64,000 nt of DNA from NCBI RefSeq assembly GCF_006345805.1, contig NC_043010.1:38378001-38442000 (forward strand). Direction: 5' to 3'. This stretch comes from Octopus sinensis. Taxonomy: Eukaryota. Shown piece by piece: positions 50,530 to 63,239 of this stretch (positions are counted from its first letter, which is position 1; the number at the start of each line of letters is the position of its first letter). Under the pieces are notes generated by a model. The model was given only the letters and a program-made list of their open reading frames with translations, searched no databases and was not told where the DNA came from. A program made the translations under genes and the position numbers.

Positions 50530-50870
50530 AGCTAATTCAGTCCCATTGCGTGGAACCTTGGGCAAGTGTCTTCCACTATAGCCCCATACCGACCAAAGCC
50601 TTGTGAGTAGATTTGGTTATCAGAAGTTGAGAGAAGCTCGACGTATATAAATATATTTGTGTGTGTATGTGTGTGTGTGTGCGTGCGTGTGTTGATGTTT
50701 GTCTCCAACCAGTATTGATCTGTTTACGTCTTCGACAAAAGAGAGACCGATAGAATAAGTACCAGTCTTTAAAAATAAGTCTTGGGGTCGATTTGTGCGA
50801 TTAAACCTTTGAGGGCAGTGCCCCAGCATAGCCTGAAGCCCAATGACTGAAGCAAGTAAAAAAGTAAAAG
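50530..50870 (+). mobile_element. SINE B, diverged
   Basis: Homology to family B. Confidence 0.75.
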
Positions 50871-52630
50871 CATAAATGTCAAACTTTGTCCTTGTATTGA
50901 GTTCTTTACTCCGTCGACGTTCGCTTATTTTTATGTACTAAAAAACATTTATTTTTCAATTACTCGCATACTTTTTTATATTTTGTTGAATAATAAAACC
51001 TTTTGTTGACGATTTACCTTCTCCATAAACATACTTCTATAATGTTTGGTTTTATTAATTTCGTGAATTTAGATTTTCTTTAGCCTGTGTTTAGAACCAG
51101 TTCTAATTTAAACTTGTATTCACAACTACATCCTGTGTAATTATTGTTATCATTATTGAATTATGTTCACCAACAAGATCAGAGGATGTCAATTTTCTGT
51201 AGGAATGAAAGAAATAAAAGGGAATACATATATATAATTAATTATTGTTGTATCTACGAACGATCTTTTTCATTTCCTAAAGTAAATGTATCTTCGCGTC
51301 ATTTGTGTACGTCTGCGTTTTTTTCATTCTGTAAACCGTGAAAACCTAATCTATTAATACCTTCATTCTCGGTAACTCATCCATATCCTTGTTGTTGTTA
51401 TTGTTGTTGTTTGCTTCTTATTTGCTTATTCGTGTCTATGCACGATGTCTAGTGACATCATGCATATGACATTTTAAACACGACGTTATCACATGCACTG
51501 CTTTAGTCAATCAGGGACTAGTAGGCTGTCAAACTTTGGGAAGATGGGACTACTTAAGGAAAACACACAATTCCTTCTTTCACCTTGCACCGGCAACCAT
51601 TATTTTGCCACCCCACTCGCTCTAGCTCTTAACTAGCAGTTAGCCTTGGACTTAGCCCCGACAGAATGCAATCGATTGTCTTATATTACGAGGTACTCTA
51701 ATGCGAACAAGAAATAATTTGCTGATTGTCATTCTCAATAGTTCAAAAACAACGCACACCTTGTCTACGTCTACCATTACGTCTACCTGTAGCTGTTAAT
51801 TATCTTTTCGTAAACATTGCATTTCAGTCGATTCTGAGCGAAAAGACTTATACTCGATCCAGCATTCCAGTTGCGACTGTTCCAATAATTTAGTGGGTAT
51901 ACCAAGGACTATATCATTCAATGCGTCCTTCCTATATATATAGTTATATATATATATATAGTCATTGATAGCTAATATATCGATGGAGTTCGTTGAAGCC
52001 GCCCTACATTGCAACAGATTAATCCCATAGCATTACAAAACTCATATGTTCACAGTTGTTGTTCTTGCTATTTAGCTACAAAGTAAGTCATTTAATCCAA
52101 GAGGTTCCATCTATGACCATTCCGTGTTAGCGTATCTGGGATTGCCTTAGGTCTATACTGTATGTTCGAAAATATATATTCTATTATTGTGTGACCTAAA
52201 ACTGGAGTCGATCCATCAACTTTTTATTCCTTTCTTTTTCTTTTACTTTCCTTCTGCATTTCAGTATCCTGTTTCATTTCATATTTTGCAGTTAAGATTG
52301 CATTATTTAATCTTAACTGCAAAATATGAATGAAGGTAAGAAATTGAAACATACGTAGGCAATATGAAAATGACTATTATTTAAATAAATTGATTTTTCT
52401 GTTCAAATTCTCCTTTTTCTTTATATTATATATGTGTGTGTGCGTTTATGTGTGTGTGTACGTGCATATACAAACATGCACGCATGCACACAAGCACATA
52501 CATACGTACGTACATACATACATACATACATACATACATACATACATACATACATACGTACATATTAAGATAGCGCACGCATGCTCACACACATACGCAC
52601 ATATTCTTGTGGGGCTGATATGTGTGTGTG

Positions 52631-52698
<68 letters not shown>

Positions 52699-53404
52699 TG
52701 CATGTGTGTTTGTTTGTGCGTGTGCGCCTGACAAAGACGAGAACAGGCATGTGAGCTTAGCTGGAAATATAAACCGAATATATATAATACTTTTGATAAA
52801 CATAAACTTAACACATTAACACAGCACCATACGTTTTTTGGAGTGTTTGTTTTTGAATTTCATTTCATTTATATGCCCGAACAAATATAATTAATTATAG
52901 GGTTATAGTTATAGTTTATGAAAACAAAAGCTGTAGTCGGATATTTCGCCATACATCCTTGTTTTATTTTGATTTGATTTTAATAATGTGTTCATGTTGC
53001 CACCGGCTCAACATTTCAACAATTTTTGTGTCTTGTTTTCTTGTGTTGTTTTTATTGTATATATTTTAGCTTGTTATCGTCTGTTCCAAACAATAGTTTA
53101 CAATCTAACATCTGCTTCTTTACAATTGTCAAAAAGCTATCTGCTGTTTCTTACAAAACGTCAAAAGCTTTTTATGTCCTACTTTTTATATTAATTTCAT
53201 TTTTGTTCTTGTAATTTTAGTTTCTTGTAACTAATTATTTGAAAATTTTATTAGTTTTAGATATTAGGGACGTGTTTCTCGTATTTACTTTTCCCTTCTT
53301 TCATTTCCTAGACATGTGGAAACAAAAACTAGAGTCGATTCCCACATGTATGAGGCATTTGTCGAAGCACACACACGCATACACTCTAACACTAATGTAT
53401 ATAT

Positions 53405-53455
<51 letters not shown>

Positions 53456-54029
53456 CACATACACAGAAACAAACACTGTCGCACATACAATAACATATTT
53501 CCAAACATTTTTTGGTCAACTCACCGCCCTAAGTCAGTAATGTGACACACTTACGTTTAGGCCATGTCACCTCCTTATTTGCGTAAATCGTTTCTTACAT
53601 TAACATATAATTTAGGGGAGAAATAACGTCAATGAAAAACAAAAAGTCGACTCTATGGTGAACAGTGATATAAACGATTAACTCTAAACCATTACTTGAA
53701 TAGAATTCGTTTTTTTTTTTATCGACGCCCGAAAAATGAAAGGTGGAGTTGATCCCGGCGGGATTGATTTGAACTCTGAGTGTAATATGAATGTAAGTAG
53801 ATATTACAAGGAGAAAGAAGTGGCTTTTCTTTTATTAGCCACAAGGATCAAAAACATTTGAAACACTACAAGGACAAAACAGAAAACAGAGTGAGTTTAC
53901 ATCGGATAAAAAAGAAAGCAACAACAACACGTACAACAGCAACAAATAGCAACGTAATATGAACAAGGGAAAGTTCCACAATACCGAGGCATCCACCTAA
54001 ATCCAGTCAAAATAACCCATTAGTCATTT

Positions 54030-54295
54030 GGTTAGTTCTACCCGTGCCATGAGGCACATAAGACCGCAACATGATCTCTCCAACCATTTCTGTTTGCTGC
54101 TACTGTTCTGGTTTCATTCCAGCTTCTCGTCCCCTTTCTTTGTCAATGGTCCTTCGGCATATGGCACTAGGACCCCCTGTTGCTTTTTTCCCCTTCGGGC
54201 TGCTATTTTAGCGCCACCATACACAATCGTTCGCTCGATCTTGTCTGAGGACGTGCCCGATCCAGTCCTAGCGTCTGTTTCCTATTCCATCACCG
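54030..54295 (-). mobile_element. RTE-clade LINE 3' terminal segment
   Basis: DWIGHVLRQDRAND...RRTIDKER...NRNGWRDHVAVLCASWHG, with frameshifts. Confidence 0.7.
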
Positions 54296-54299
54296 AGGT

Positions 54300-54640
54300 T
54301 TACCTCGGGGCGACAGTCTTGAAAGAAGGACGGGGAACGAAGGGTATAAAGAACAGAATATCCAAAACACGGAGAGCGTTCTACGATGTGACAAAGGTAT
54401 GGAGAAGCAAAGGTTTAGGCCGCAAAACGAAACTGAAACTGTTCAAGTCATTGGTCCGACCAGTATTACTCTACAGCTCTGAAAACTGGAAGATGACAAA
54501 AATGGAAGAAAAAATAATGGACAGCTTCCATTTCTGACGCTTAAGGAGACTATTCGACATCAAGTGGCTGCAAAGAGACCGAAATGACACACTTGAGACG
54601 ATAACAAGCATTAACAGGATCAGTGACCAAATGAGAGGAA
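54300..54640 (+). mobile_element. RTE-clade LINE upstream segment, inverted relative to the 3' segment
   Basis: IKNRISKTRRAFYDVTKVWRSKGLGRKTKLKLFKSLVRPVLLYSSENWKM. Confidence 0.85.
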
Positions 54641-54699
54641 GAAACAAAAAAAAAAAAGACAGATCCTAGATTATCCTAATTACCAAGAACAAGTGCCCT

Positions 54700-55245
54700 C
54701 TCACTGCTATCATTCTACTGTCTACAGGTTCATGCTGAGTCAGAATCTTTGCTCGGAGCATGTTCACTACTTTAACCCAACTATCTAACAATTTACTAAA
54801 GACTGCACACCTCTCTCCTTCAGCTTTCTCTTCAATTGAGCAAAGTGCAGCTGTAAACCTTCACGCATTTACCTGGCTTCGAGGAGCACCTGTCCGTCCA
54901 AGTCCAGCAAAGACCAAATAGCGGCTTTGTTTCCACGTTGCATCTGTGCTGACCGGAACCATCGAACGGCTTTTGTTTCTTTGTCTTTGAGAACACGCAT
55001 CTCCGCTCTGATTATGCAGTCTTCGTTTAACCCATTAAACAAATGGTCGAGGGCCATTTTCGCTACTAGAATTGTTGGTCGCAACACCTTTCCTTGTAAT
55101 TTTTCCTAATTTTCTTACTATCTGCTCCGCCAATCTGGTTTGTTTTTATCACTACTCCAATCTGGATGACCAGCGGTTGCTCCATACCACGTTGTTGGGT
55201 TTAGGAAACCCAGTCAATACCTGCCCAGATAATTGAAACTGAACA
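54700..55245 (-). mobile_element. Decayed Tx1/L1-like ORF2 remnant
   Basis: ALDHLFNGLNEDCIIRAEMRVL...GNKAAIWSLLDLDGQ...HFAQL, followed by sequence resembling the ORF2 C-terminus at 7820-7930. Confidence 0.5.
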
Positions 55246-55337
55246 GGTTTATGAGACTTTTACACTTTCACAGAAAATGGAATGGGTTTTTGGGGTGTGG
55301 ATGGTAAGGGAGACAGCAGTGGCCTCGCGTGAGTGTA

Positions 55338-55368
<31 letters not shown>

Positions 55369-55439
55369 GCAAGCATGTAAGCATGTGTGTGTTAACGAAG
55401 CTAAGGCCAGCATATTTTTTTTACAGGGAATGGATTAGT

Positions 55440-55550
55440 TGATAATCCTGACCTCAATACTTGACTGGTACTTTATTTTATCGATCACGAAAGGATAAAA
55501 GGTAAAGTCGACTTCAGTGGAATTTGAGTTCAGTACGTTTGCCGCTTCGC
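55440..55550 (-). mobile_element. SINE A fragment
   Basis: Homology to family A. Confidence 0.7.
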
Positions 55551-55627
55551 ATTTTTGCTCAACGCTGATGTTGACGACGATGGTGATGATGACGACGATG
55601 ATGATGATGATGACGACGACGACGACC

Positions 55628-55659
<32 letters not shown>

Positions 55660-56054
55660 GAGGCGGAGGAAGACTTCATTTATTTGCTGCCAGGGCTTCT
55701 GATAAAGGAAACTCTCAACAGGCGGATTACAAAACGTGTGTGTAGGATTTACATAGAAATCCGACAACAAGGAAGTAAAAAGAATGTGGCTAAAATAAAA
55801 GTACTTAAACGAATATAAATATATCATACAGCAGAAGCATATATTTGGTGAGATTCTCCATTTTAGAGCCAATTCAGGAACTCAACAAACTGAGGATCAC
55901 CCTGTCAACTAAGGGCAGGTAACTACTACCAACAGTCTCATTCATCGACATTTTGTAGACCTGTGGTTCTCTTTGGTACCTATTATACTCAGAAGCATGT
56001 TGCGGGTGTGCACACCGATCGAAAATGGCAAATTCGTTATAAACATTCACCTTT

Positions 56055-56471
56055 CTCTTTACTCTTTTACTCTTTTAACTTGTTTCAGTCATTTGACTGC
56101 GGTCATGCTGGAGCACCGCCTTTAGTCGAGCAAAATCGACCCCGGGACTTATTCTTTGTAAGCCCAGTACTTATTCTATCGGTCACTTTTTGCCGAACCG
56201 CTAAGTGACGGGGACGTAAACACACCAGCATCGGTTGTCAAGCAATGCTAGGGGGACAAACACAGACACGCAAACACACACACACACAGACATATACATA
56301 TATACATATATACGACAGGCTTCTTTCAGTTTCCGTCTACCAAATCCACTCACAAGGCATTGGTCGGCCCGGGGCTATAGCAGAAGACACTTGCCCAAGA
56401 TGCCACGCAGTGGGACTGAACCCGGAACCATGTGGTTGGTTAGCAAGCTACTTACCACACAGCCATTCCTG
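56055..56471 (-). mobile_element. SINE B, full length
   Basis: Near-identical to 1233-1672. Confidence 0.9.
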
Positions 56472-56716
56472 CACCTTAGTCATTAATTTAACCAAAAATG
56501 GAAAACGTTTGTTATACTCCTGCTTGAAATTTGGTGGCATTGGTTGTGACAGAACACCCAATACAACAACCACTATACACCACTGCTCAGGAGGACCCTT
56601 AAAGCCATTTGATGTTTGAAAACATCCCATTATATTTCTATAATTAAATATTTATAGGAATTGTATTAAAAAAAATTGCTAAAATATTTTGTATATTGTA
56701 GGTATAGGCGTGGAGT

Positions 56717-57060
56717 GACCCCCTTCGGTCATGACTGACCATGGGATTGCATCTAGAAAGTTACTCTCCCAAGCAGAAGTTACCCTCCGAGGCACAAGGT
56801 TGTTTATAGAAGACCAGCAGTCACCCATACATACCAGCCTCTCCTCTCCATGCCACCGATGTTATCCAAGGGGAAGGCAAAGGGGCCGATACAGCTTGGA
56901 ACCAGTGACTCGCAACTCATTTCTACAGCTGAGTGAACTAGAGCAACGTGAAATAAAGTGTGTTGCTCAAGAACACAACACGCAGCCCAATCCGGGAATC
57001 GAACTCACAACCTCACGATCGTAAGCTCAACGCTTTAACCACTGAGCCATGCGCCTTCAC
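56717..57060 (-). mobile_element. SINE C, full length
   Basis: Homologous to 21439-21779. Confidence 0.88.
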
Positions 57061-57153
57061 TTATTGTCGATATATAACTAATTCATTGCACATAAACTTC
57101 AGCGATAAAATCTTACATGGATCCCCAACGGTTATTATATAGGTCGCGGTTGA

Positions 57154-57363
57154 AGGCGGCGAGCTGGCAGAAACGGTAGCACGCCGGGCGAAATGCGTAG
57201 CCGTATTTCGTCTGCCGTTACGTTCTGAGTTCAAATTCCGCCGAGGTCGACTTTGCCTTTCATCCTTTCGGGGTCGATAGAGCACCTGTTGCGTACTGGG
57301 TCGATCTAATCGACTGGAACCCCCTCCCCCAAAATTTCGGGCCTTGTGCATAGAGTAGAAAAG
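57154..57363 (+). mobile_element. SINE A monomer, short-tail form, with 20-bp TSD
   Basis: ATTATATAGGTCGCGGTTGA at 57134-57153 and 57364-57383 defines a 210-bp element. Confidence 0.95.
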
Positions 57364-57821
57364 ATTATATAGGTCGCGGTTGAGAACAGCTGTTGCAGAT
57401 CCGTTCATTACTGTCACCCAAATTTTAAAAGAATTTCTCATGGAAGACAGCTCCCTTGGCCAACAAAACGAATTTGTGCGTCTTCAAGTCTTTTCGGTCT
57501 TGGCCACAGCACGCATATTCTCTGCTTATTATTATGACTGCTGAACAACTGTGTATGATTGAAAAGATGTCAAAACAACGAAGAAAGAAGGTAGGGTAAT
57601 GGCTGGAGGAGGATAAGAACTAAATAGAGCAACCAGAAACAGAGAGAGAAGGAGAAAGAGAGAGAGAAAGAGGGAGAGAATACGGTAATGTTATTTACGT
57701 AATGTCCATTCAACAAACTGACATTTCTCTGTCTATGTGTAGTATGTGCGATACATGGTTTTATACGTAACTCGGACGTTGTTGTTGTTGTTGTTGCTGT
57801 TCTGGTTGTTTAGCCACAGGT

Positions 57822-58085
57822 CGCTTTGACTTTGAACGTTTTGGCTTTGAACGACTTGGCTTTGCACGCTTTGATCGCTTTGGCTTTGAACACTTTGGCT
57901 TTGAGCGCCTTGGCTTTGAACGCTTTGGTTTTGAACGCCTTGACTTTGAACGCTTTGGCTTTGAGCGCCTTGACTTTGAACGCTTTGGCTTTGAGCGCCT
58001 TGGCTTTGAACGCTTTGGTTTTGAACGCCTTGACTTTGAACGCTTTGGCTTTGAGCGCCGTGGCTTTGAACGCCTTGGCTTTGAA
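57822..58085 (-). repeat. 15-bp minisatellite (TTCAAAGCCAAGGCG)n, about 17 units
   Basis: Reverse complement of the 58962-59660 array, sharing the 9-bp variant unit. Confidence 0.95.
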
Positions 58086-58116
58086 ATATATATTGTGTTT
58101 GTGTGTGTGGGGGGGG

Positions 58117-58164
58117 GGCTCAATGGCCCAGTGGTTAGGGCAGCGGACTCGCGGGCGGAGGATC

Positions 58165-58165
<1 letters not shown>
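58117..58165 (+). mobile_element. SINE D head, truncated into (GATA)n
   Basis: CAATGGCCCAGTGGTTAGGGCAGCGGACTCGCG...GGATCG, then ATAG repeats. Confidence 0.8.
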
Positions 58166-58245
<80 letters not shown>

Positions 58246-58411
58246 GCATATGCATGTACGTACATATACAGCAACTGTATATGAATATATGTATACAATT
58301 GCTTTGATGGACGTCATTTTCAAGGCTTGTTTATATTGCAAGCTCAGTGGCGTTTCACATTAAACTGCAATACGTTATGCAGTTCAATCTTACAGCAATG
58401 TGTGTGTGAAT

Positions 58412-58443
<32 letters not shown>

Positions 58444-58642
58444 GTATATATATGCGTGTGTGTGTGTGGTGGGGTGATTATGCGGGCTTGTATATGTATA
58501 TGCGTGTCTGTCGTCAATGTCTCTACCAGGTGGTAATAAACTGTAATATACACACCTACGTGCTATGGTTTTCGTTGGCATCTAATTTATCATGAATAAC
58601 TACATACACACTTCCACTCATACACACATGCGCGAACGCACG

Positions 58643-58713
<71 letters not shown>

Positions 58714-58961
58714 ACATAGGTATACAATACATTATTACTTCTTTGCCAGTAGTCAGTTTTATGACATGCTTTCTCTACATTATTCAGCGAACCTCTCTGC
58801 CCTTTGGATATGTGCAGTGTCTTGCTTTCGCTTGGATTTTTATTATTAAAGGTATTCTACGTAATTTGTGCATAGCATTTGATTGCTGCTTTCCCTTAGT
58901 CGCATACATATTTGTAAGTATTGAGATTTAATAAATATATAGAGAGAGAGTTTAAGAGTTG

Positions 58962-59660
58962 AGCCAAAGCATTCAAAGCCAATGCGTTCAAAGCCAAGGC
59001 TTTCAAAGCCAAGGCGTTCAAAGTCAAAACGTTCAAAGCCAAGGCGTTCAAAGCCAAAGTGTTCAAAGCCAAGGCGTTCAAAGCCAAGGCGTTCAAAGCC
59101 AAAGCGTTCAAAGACAATACGTTCAAAGCCAAAGCGATCAAAGCGTGCAAAGCCAAGGCGTTCAAAGCCAAGTCGTTCAAAGCCAAAGTGTTCAAAGTCA
59201 AAGCGTTCAAAGCCAAGGCGTTCAAAGCCAAGATGTTCAAAGCCAATGCGTGCAAAGCCAATGCGTTCAAATCCAAGGCGTGCAAAGCCAAAGTGTTCAA
59301 AGCCAAGTCGTTCAAAGCCAAAGCGTTCAAAGGCAAAGCGTTCAAAGCCAAGGCGTTCAAAGCCAAAGTGTTCAAAGCCAAGGCGTTCAAAGCCAAGGCG
59401 TTCAAAGCCAAAGCGTTCAAAGACAATACGTTCAAAGCCAAAGCGATCAAAGCGTGCAAAGCCAAGGCGTTCAAAGCCAAGTCGTTCAAAGCCAAAGTGT
59501 TCAAAGTCAAAGCGTGCAAAGCCAAAGTGTTCAAAGCCAAGTCGTTCAAAGTCAAAGCGTTCAAAGGCAAAGCGTTCAAAGCCAAGGCGTTCAAAGCCAA
59601 AGTGTTCAAAGCCAAGGCGTTAAAAGCCAAGGCGCTCAAAGCCAAAGCGTTCAAGCCCAA
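58962..59660 (+). repeat. 15-bp minisatellite, about 46 units, with a 309-bp internal duplication
   Basis: AAAGCGTTCAAAGACAATAC occurs at 59101 and 59410. Confidence 0.97.
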
Positions 59661-59767
59661 AGGTGTTTTCGCTCAATAAACACTCGCATCGCCCGGTCTG
59701 GGAATCGAAACCGCGATCCTACGACCGCGCGCCCGCTGCCCTAAACACTGGACCATTGCGCCGCCAC
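59661..59767 (-). mobile_element. SINE D 5' part fused to the minisatellite
   Basis: Head through GAGCGAAAACACC, then the array. Confidence 0.85.
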
Positions 59768-60142
59768 TATGCAAGACCATATATTGACCAAGTAAATGAT
59801 AAAAAATTATGGCACTAAACATGGAAGATTTGCCTCATCCTTCTTACTCTCTTGACCATGTTTCATCTGACTGTCATTTTTTCAGATCATTGTAACATTG
59901 TTTCAAGGTAAAACAATTTATTGATTGCGAAGTTAAAAAAATAATATTGAGTGCTTCTTCGGAATTTTTGCGCCCGGCGGATTAGTAATTTGTCAAATTT
60001 ATGGGATTACGTTATTAATAATGAGTGGGAAATATTATCTTCATTAAATATGTCAATTAAAACCAATGAAACAGTTATTGTTTTTTTTCTTGTTGTTATT
60101 TTCTCATCATGAAATGCGACACGAATTTCTATCCAAAAGTAT
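59768..60142 (+). pseudogene. Decayed mariner transposase 3' fragment
   Basis: EDLPHPSYSLDHVSSDCHFFRSL resembles LPHPPYSPDLAPSDYHLFRSL. Confidence 0.65.
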
Positions 60143-60161
60143 ACACAAACGCACACAAACA

Positions 60162-60201
<40 letters not shown>

Positions 60202-60462
60202 AATGATTTAGGATAAACATCGGTTTTGATTTATTTAAATTTAAAATTAATTAAATAGTTATGTATCTTAGTTATATTATATAATTACAGAATTAAATGG
60301 TGTTTAATGCTAATTAAACAACTACTGAACCGAACTGAATTACGAACTATTTATGAAATTTATTCTTCTCGTCTTTTTATTGCACAAAACGTTTTAACTG
60401 ATTACCTTATGCACAGGGTGCGGCAAAATGATCCGACATATTTGTAAGAGTAAGGAACTAAA

Positions 60463-60630
60463 ATGTGCTGGAGCACCGCCTTTAGTCGGGCAAATAGACC
60501 CCAGGACTTATTCTTTTTAAGCCTAGTACTTATTCTATCGGTCTCTTTTGCCGAACCGCTAAGTTACGGGGACGTAAACACACCAGCATCAGTTGTCAGG
60601 CGATGTTGAGAGGACAAACACGGGCACACA
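60463..60630 (-). mobile_element. SINE B 3' fragment
   Basis: Homology to family B. Confidence 0.8.
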
Positions 60631-60634
60631 AATG

Positions 60635-60808
60635 TCCAGTACCGTATCGATCCCAAAATCTAATCAGTTCGTATCAATCGCGAAGCCAAACATTCCTGAA
60701 CATTTCATCCGAATTTATCCAGCGGTTCTTGAGATATGTTGTCCAAGGACAAACAAACAAATACGACTGAAAACAATACCTCCGCCTTAGCGAAGGCGGA
60801 GACAATAA
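60635..60808 (+). mobile_element. Helitron2-type element 3' part
   Basis: Homologous to 19990-20162, with terminal hairpin TACCTCCGCCTTAGCGAAGGCGGAG. Confidence 0.65.
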
Positions 60809-60860
60809 GGATGAAAACGGACAAAAACAAAACAACAGAATTAATAAGAATATATATCCT

Positions 60861-61263
60861 ATAGGCGCGGGAGTGGCTGTGTGGTAAGTAGCTTGCTAAC
60901 CAATCACATGGTTCCGGGTTCAGTCCCTCTGCGTGGCATCTTGGGCAAGTGTCTTCTGCTATAGCCCTGGGCCGACCAATGCCTTGTGAGTGGATTTGGT
61001 AGACGGAAACTGAAAGAAGCCTGTCATATATATGTATATATATATGTGTGTGTGTGTGTATGTGTGTTTGTGTGTGTTTGTTTGTCCCCCTAGCATTGCT
61101 GGTGTGTTTACGTCCCCGTCACTTAGCGGTTCGGCAAAAAGTGACCGATAGAATAAGTACAGGGCTTCCAAAGAATAAGTCCTGCGGTCGATTTGCTAGA
61201 CTAAAGGCGCTGCTCCAGCATGGCCGCAGTCAAATGACTGAAACAAGTAAAAGAGTAAAAGAG
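60861..61263 (+). mobile_element. SINE B, near full length
   Basis: Homology to family B. Confidence 0.9.
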
Positions 61264-61965
61264 TATTATAAAGAGCTGCTTCTCTGTCCGTTACGTTTTT
61301 ATGTTCGTTAGCTCCTCCTAGACCGTTGGCACAAGGACAACGAAACTCAAACCAGCAACTCCCCTAATCCCAGGAAATGCCCTAAGTGGGACTATCTTTT
61401 TTAGGGCCGCCTAATTGAGGCCCCACTGACTCCCCGAATTTTTACTGCATTTTAAACTAAATGCATGGCATTGGCGACTAAATCGGAGCAATGACAATGA
61501 ATTTCATACCATGAACTCCAAGAGGCTCAATTTCTGAAGGGCTGCTTAAATGGGGCCCCACTGACACACACCCTTACTATTTTTACTGCATTTACCTCGA
61601 TCCTACGCTTATTAATTAAACTATGAACAGCATCAATGCTTAGCACATTTGCAGAAATAAGTTTTGGGCATACTAAATACCTTTACGTACATTGAAATGG
61701 AGATAAAGTGTTATAACAGGTACGTTTCATGTGTGATATTGTGGATATTTATATTTTGTAGTTTATGAAACTTATGTATGTATATATAAATACATACTTA
61801 TATATATATATATATAATCTAATGTTTTCACTGAAGATTAAAATATTTATCTACAAACTACAAAAAGACATTTACTGCATGTACTTTATATGCACTTTCT
61901 GGCAAGTTGTGGTGCACCTGAGCACTGTATACAATAATTTCATTATTATATTATTATTATATATA

Positions 61966-62124
61966 TAGGGAGAATTCACGAAAAAAAAACAAAAGACGAA
62001 GACAGGTGGTGTAGAAAACAAACAGATGTATTAGTATAACGCTCGGGAATTGTAAAAGTCTTTAACGTTTCGAGCCTACGCTCTTCCACAGAAAGGAACA
62101 CAGAAAGAAGCAAGGAGAGAAACA

Positions 62125-62126
<2 letters not shown>
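61966..62126 (-). mobile_element. Variant-hammerhead short element (copy 4)
   Basis: CCTTT-CTGTGGAA-GAGCGTAGGCTC-GAAACGTT-AAAGA at 62059-62096; near-identical to 27505-27662. Confidence 0.7.
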
Positions 62127-62167
<41 letters not shown>

Positions 62168-62409
62168 GTGTGTGTGTGTACACACCCAAAATATGGGGGT
62201 TTAGTTCACATGTGATCTAAACGATTAGGTACGCTAGGTAAGTGCTGTAGCGGGTTACTGGGGCTTCAAGGATATAGCCGAGACGGTAGTTATGGACCCA
62301 TTACAGATTTCCGATGCAGCACATCTTTTTTCCAATTTTTTCCAGTAATGACACTGTATACGACTTGAGATGTTTGCCTCGCCGTAATGTTTGTTGTCCT
62401 CTTTGACAA

Positions 62410-62533
62410 TTATGTGTGTGTGTCTGTGTGTGTGTGTATGCATGTGTGTGTATGTGTGTGTGTGTAACATGTGGTATACTTATAAATTACAAAAAGGGCA
62501 AATTTTAGCTATTTCTCCGCATATATATATATA

Positions 62534-62584
<51 letters not shown>

Positions 62585-62703
62585 GTATTTATGTGCATAC
62601 GTGTAATATATATATATATATTGAGAATATATATATATATATTTATGAGAAAAATATATATGTATACACGCATATACATATATATATACATACATACATA
62701 CAT

Positions 62704-62780
<77 letters not shown>

Positions 62781-63062
62781 TTGTATGTATGTATATATAA
62801 TATATATATATATCATATATATATATATGTGTGTTGTGTGTGTGTGTGTTTGTATGTATGTATATATAAATATATATATATATGGTGTGTATGCACTGCG
62901 TGTGTGTGTGTGTATGTGTGTGTGTCTATGTGTACAGATGATTATGCAAACGAAAGGAAAACACACTCACAACATATTGTGGAAGTTAAACGTGATTATT
63001 GAAGGGTTGACTCAACCCAGAAGTACTTGATGAATCATAGACAGAAAACTACGTCCAGCTCA

Positions 63063-63103
<41 letters not shown>

Positions 63104-63215
63104 TGTGTGTGTGTGTGTGTATATACATACACATATAATGCGCAATTATATGTGTGTGTATACGCACATATATAATACACAATTACGTACGCATGTGTGT
63201 GTGTATGTGTGCGTA
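62410..63215. repeat. Mosaic (TA)n/(TG)n block
   Basis: Direct reading. Confidence 0.9.
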
Positions 63216-63239
63216 GTTCCAAGATACATCTTATGGAAT

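Noticed and set aside
55555-55818. Poly-Asp/poly-His ORF
   Set aside because: A trinucleotide mosaic starting inside a SINE remnant; no splice or domain support.
57822-59660. CRISPR-like appearance of the 14- and 15-bp arrays
   Set aside because: No unique spacers, no cas genes, and a eukaryotic context.
61402-61594. Imperfect 50-bp direct repeat (AGGGCYGCYTAA...GGCCCCACTGAC...TTTTTACTGCATTT)
   Set aside because: Only two diverged copies and no interpretable structure.
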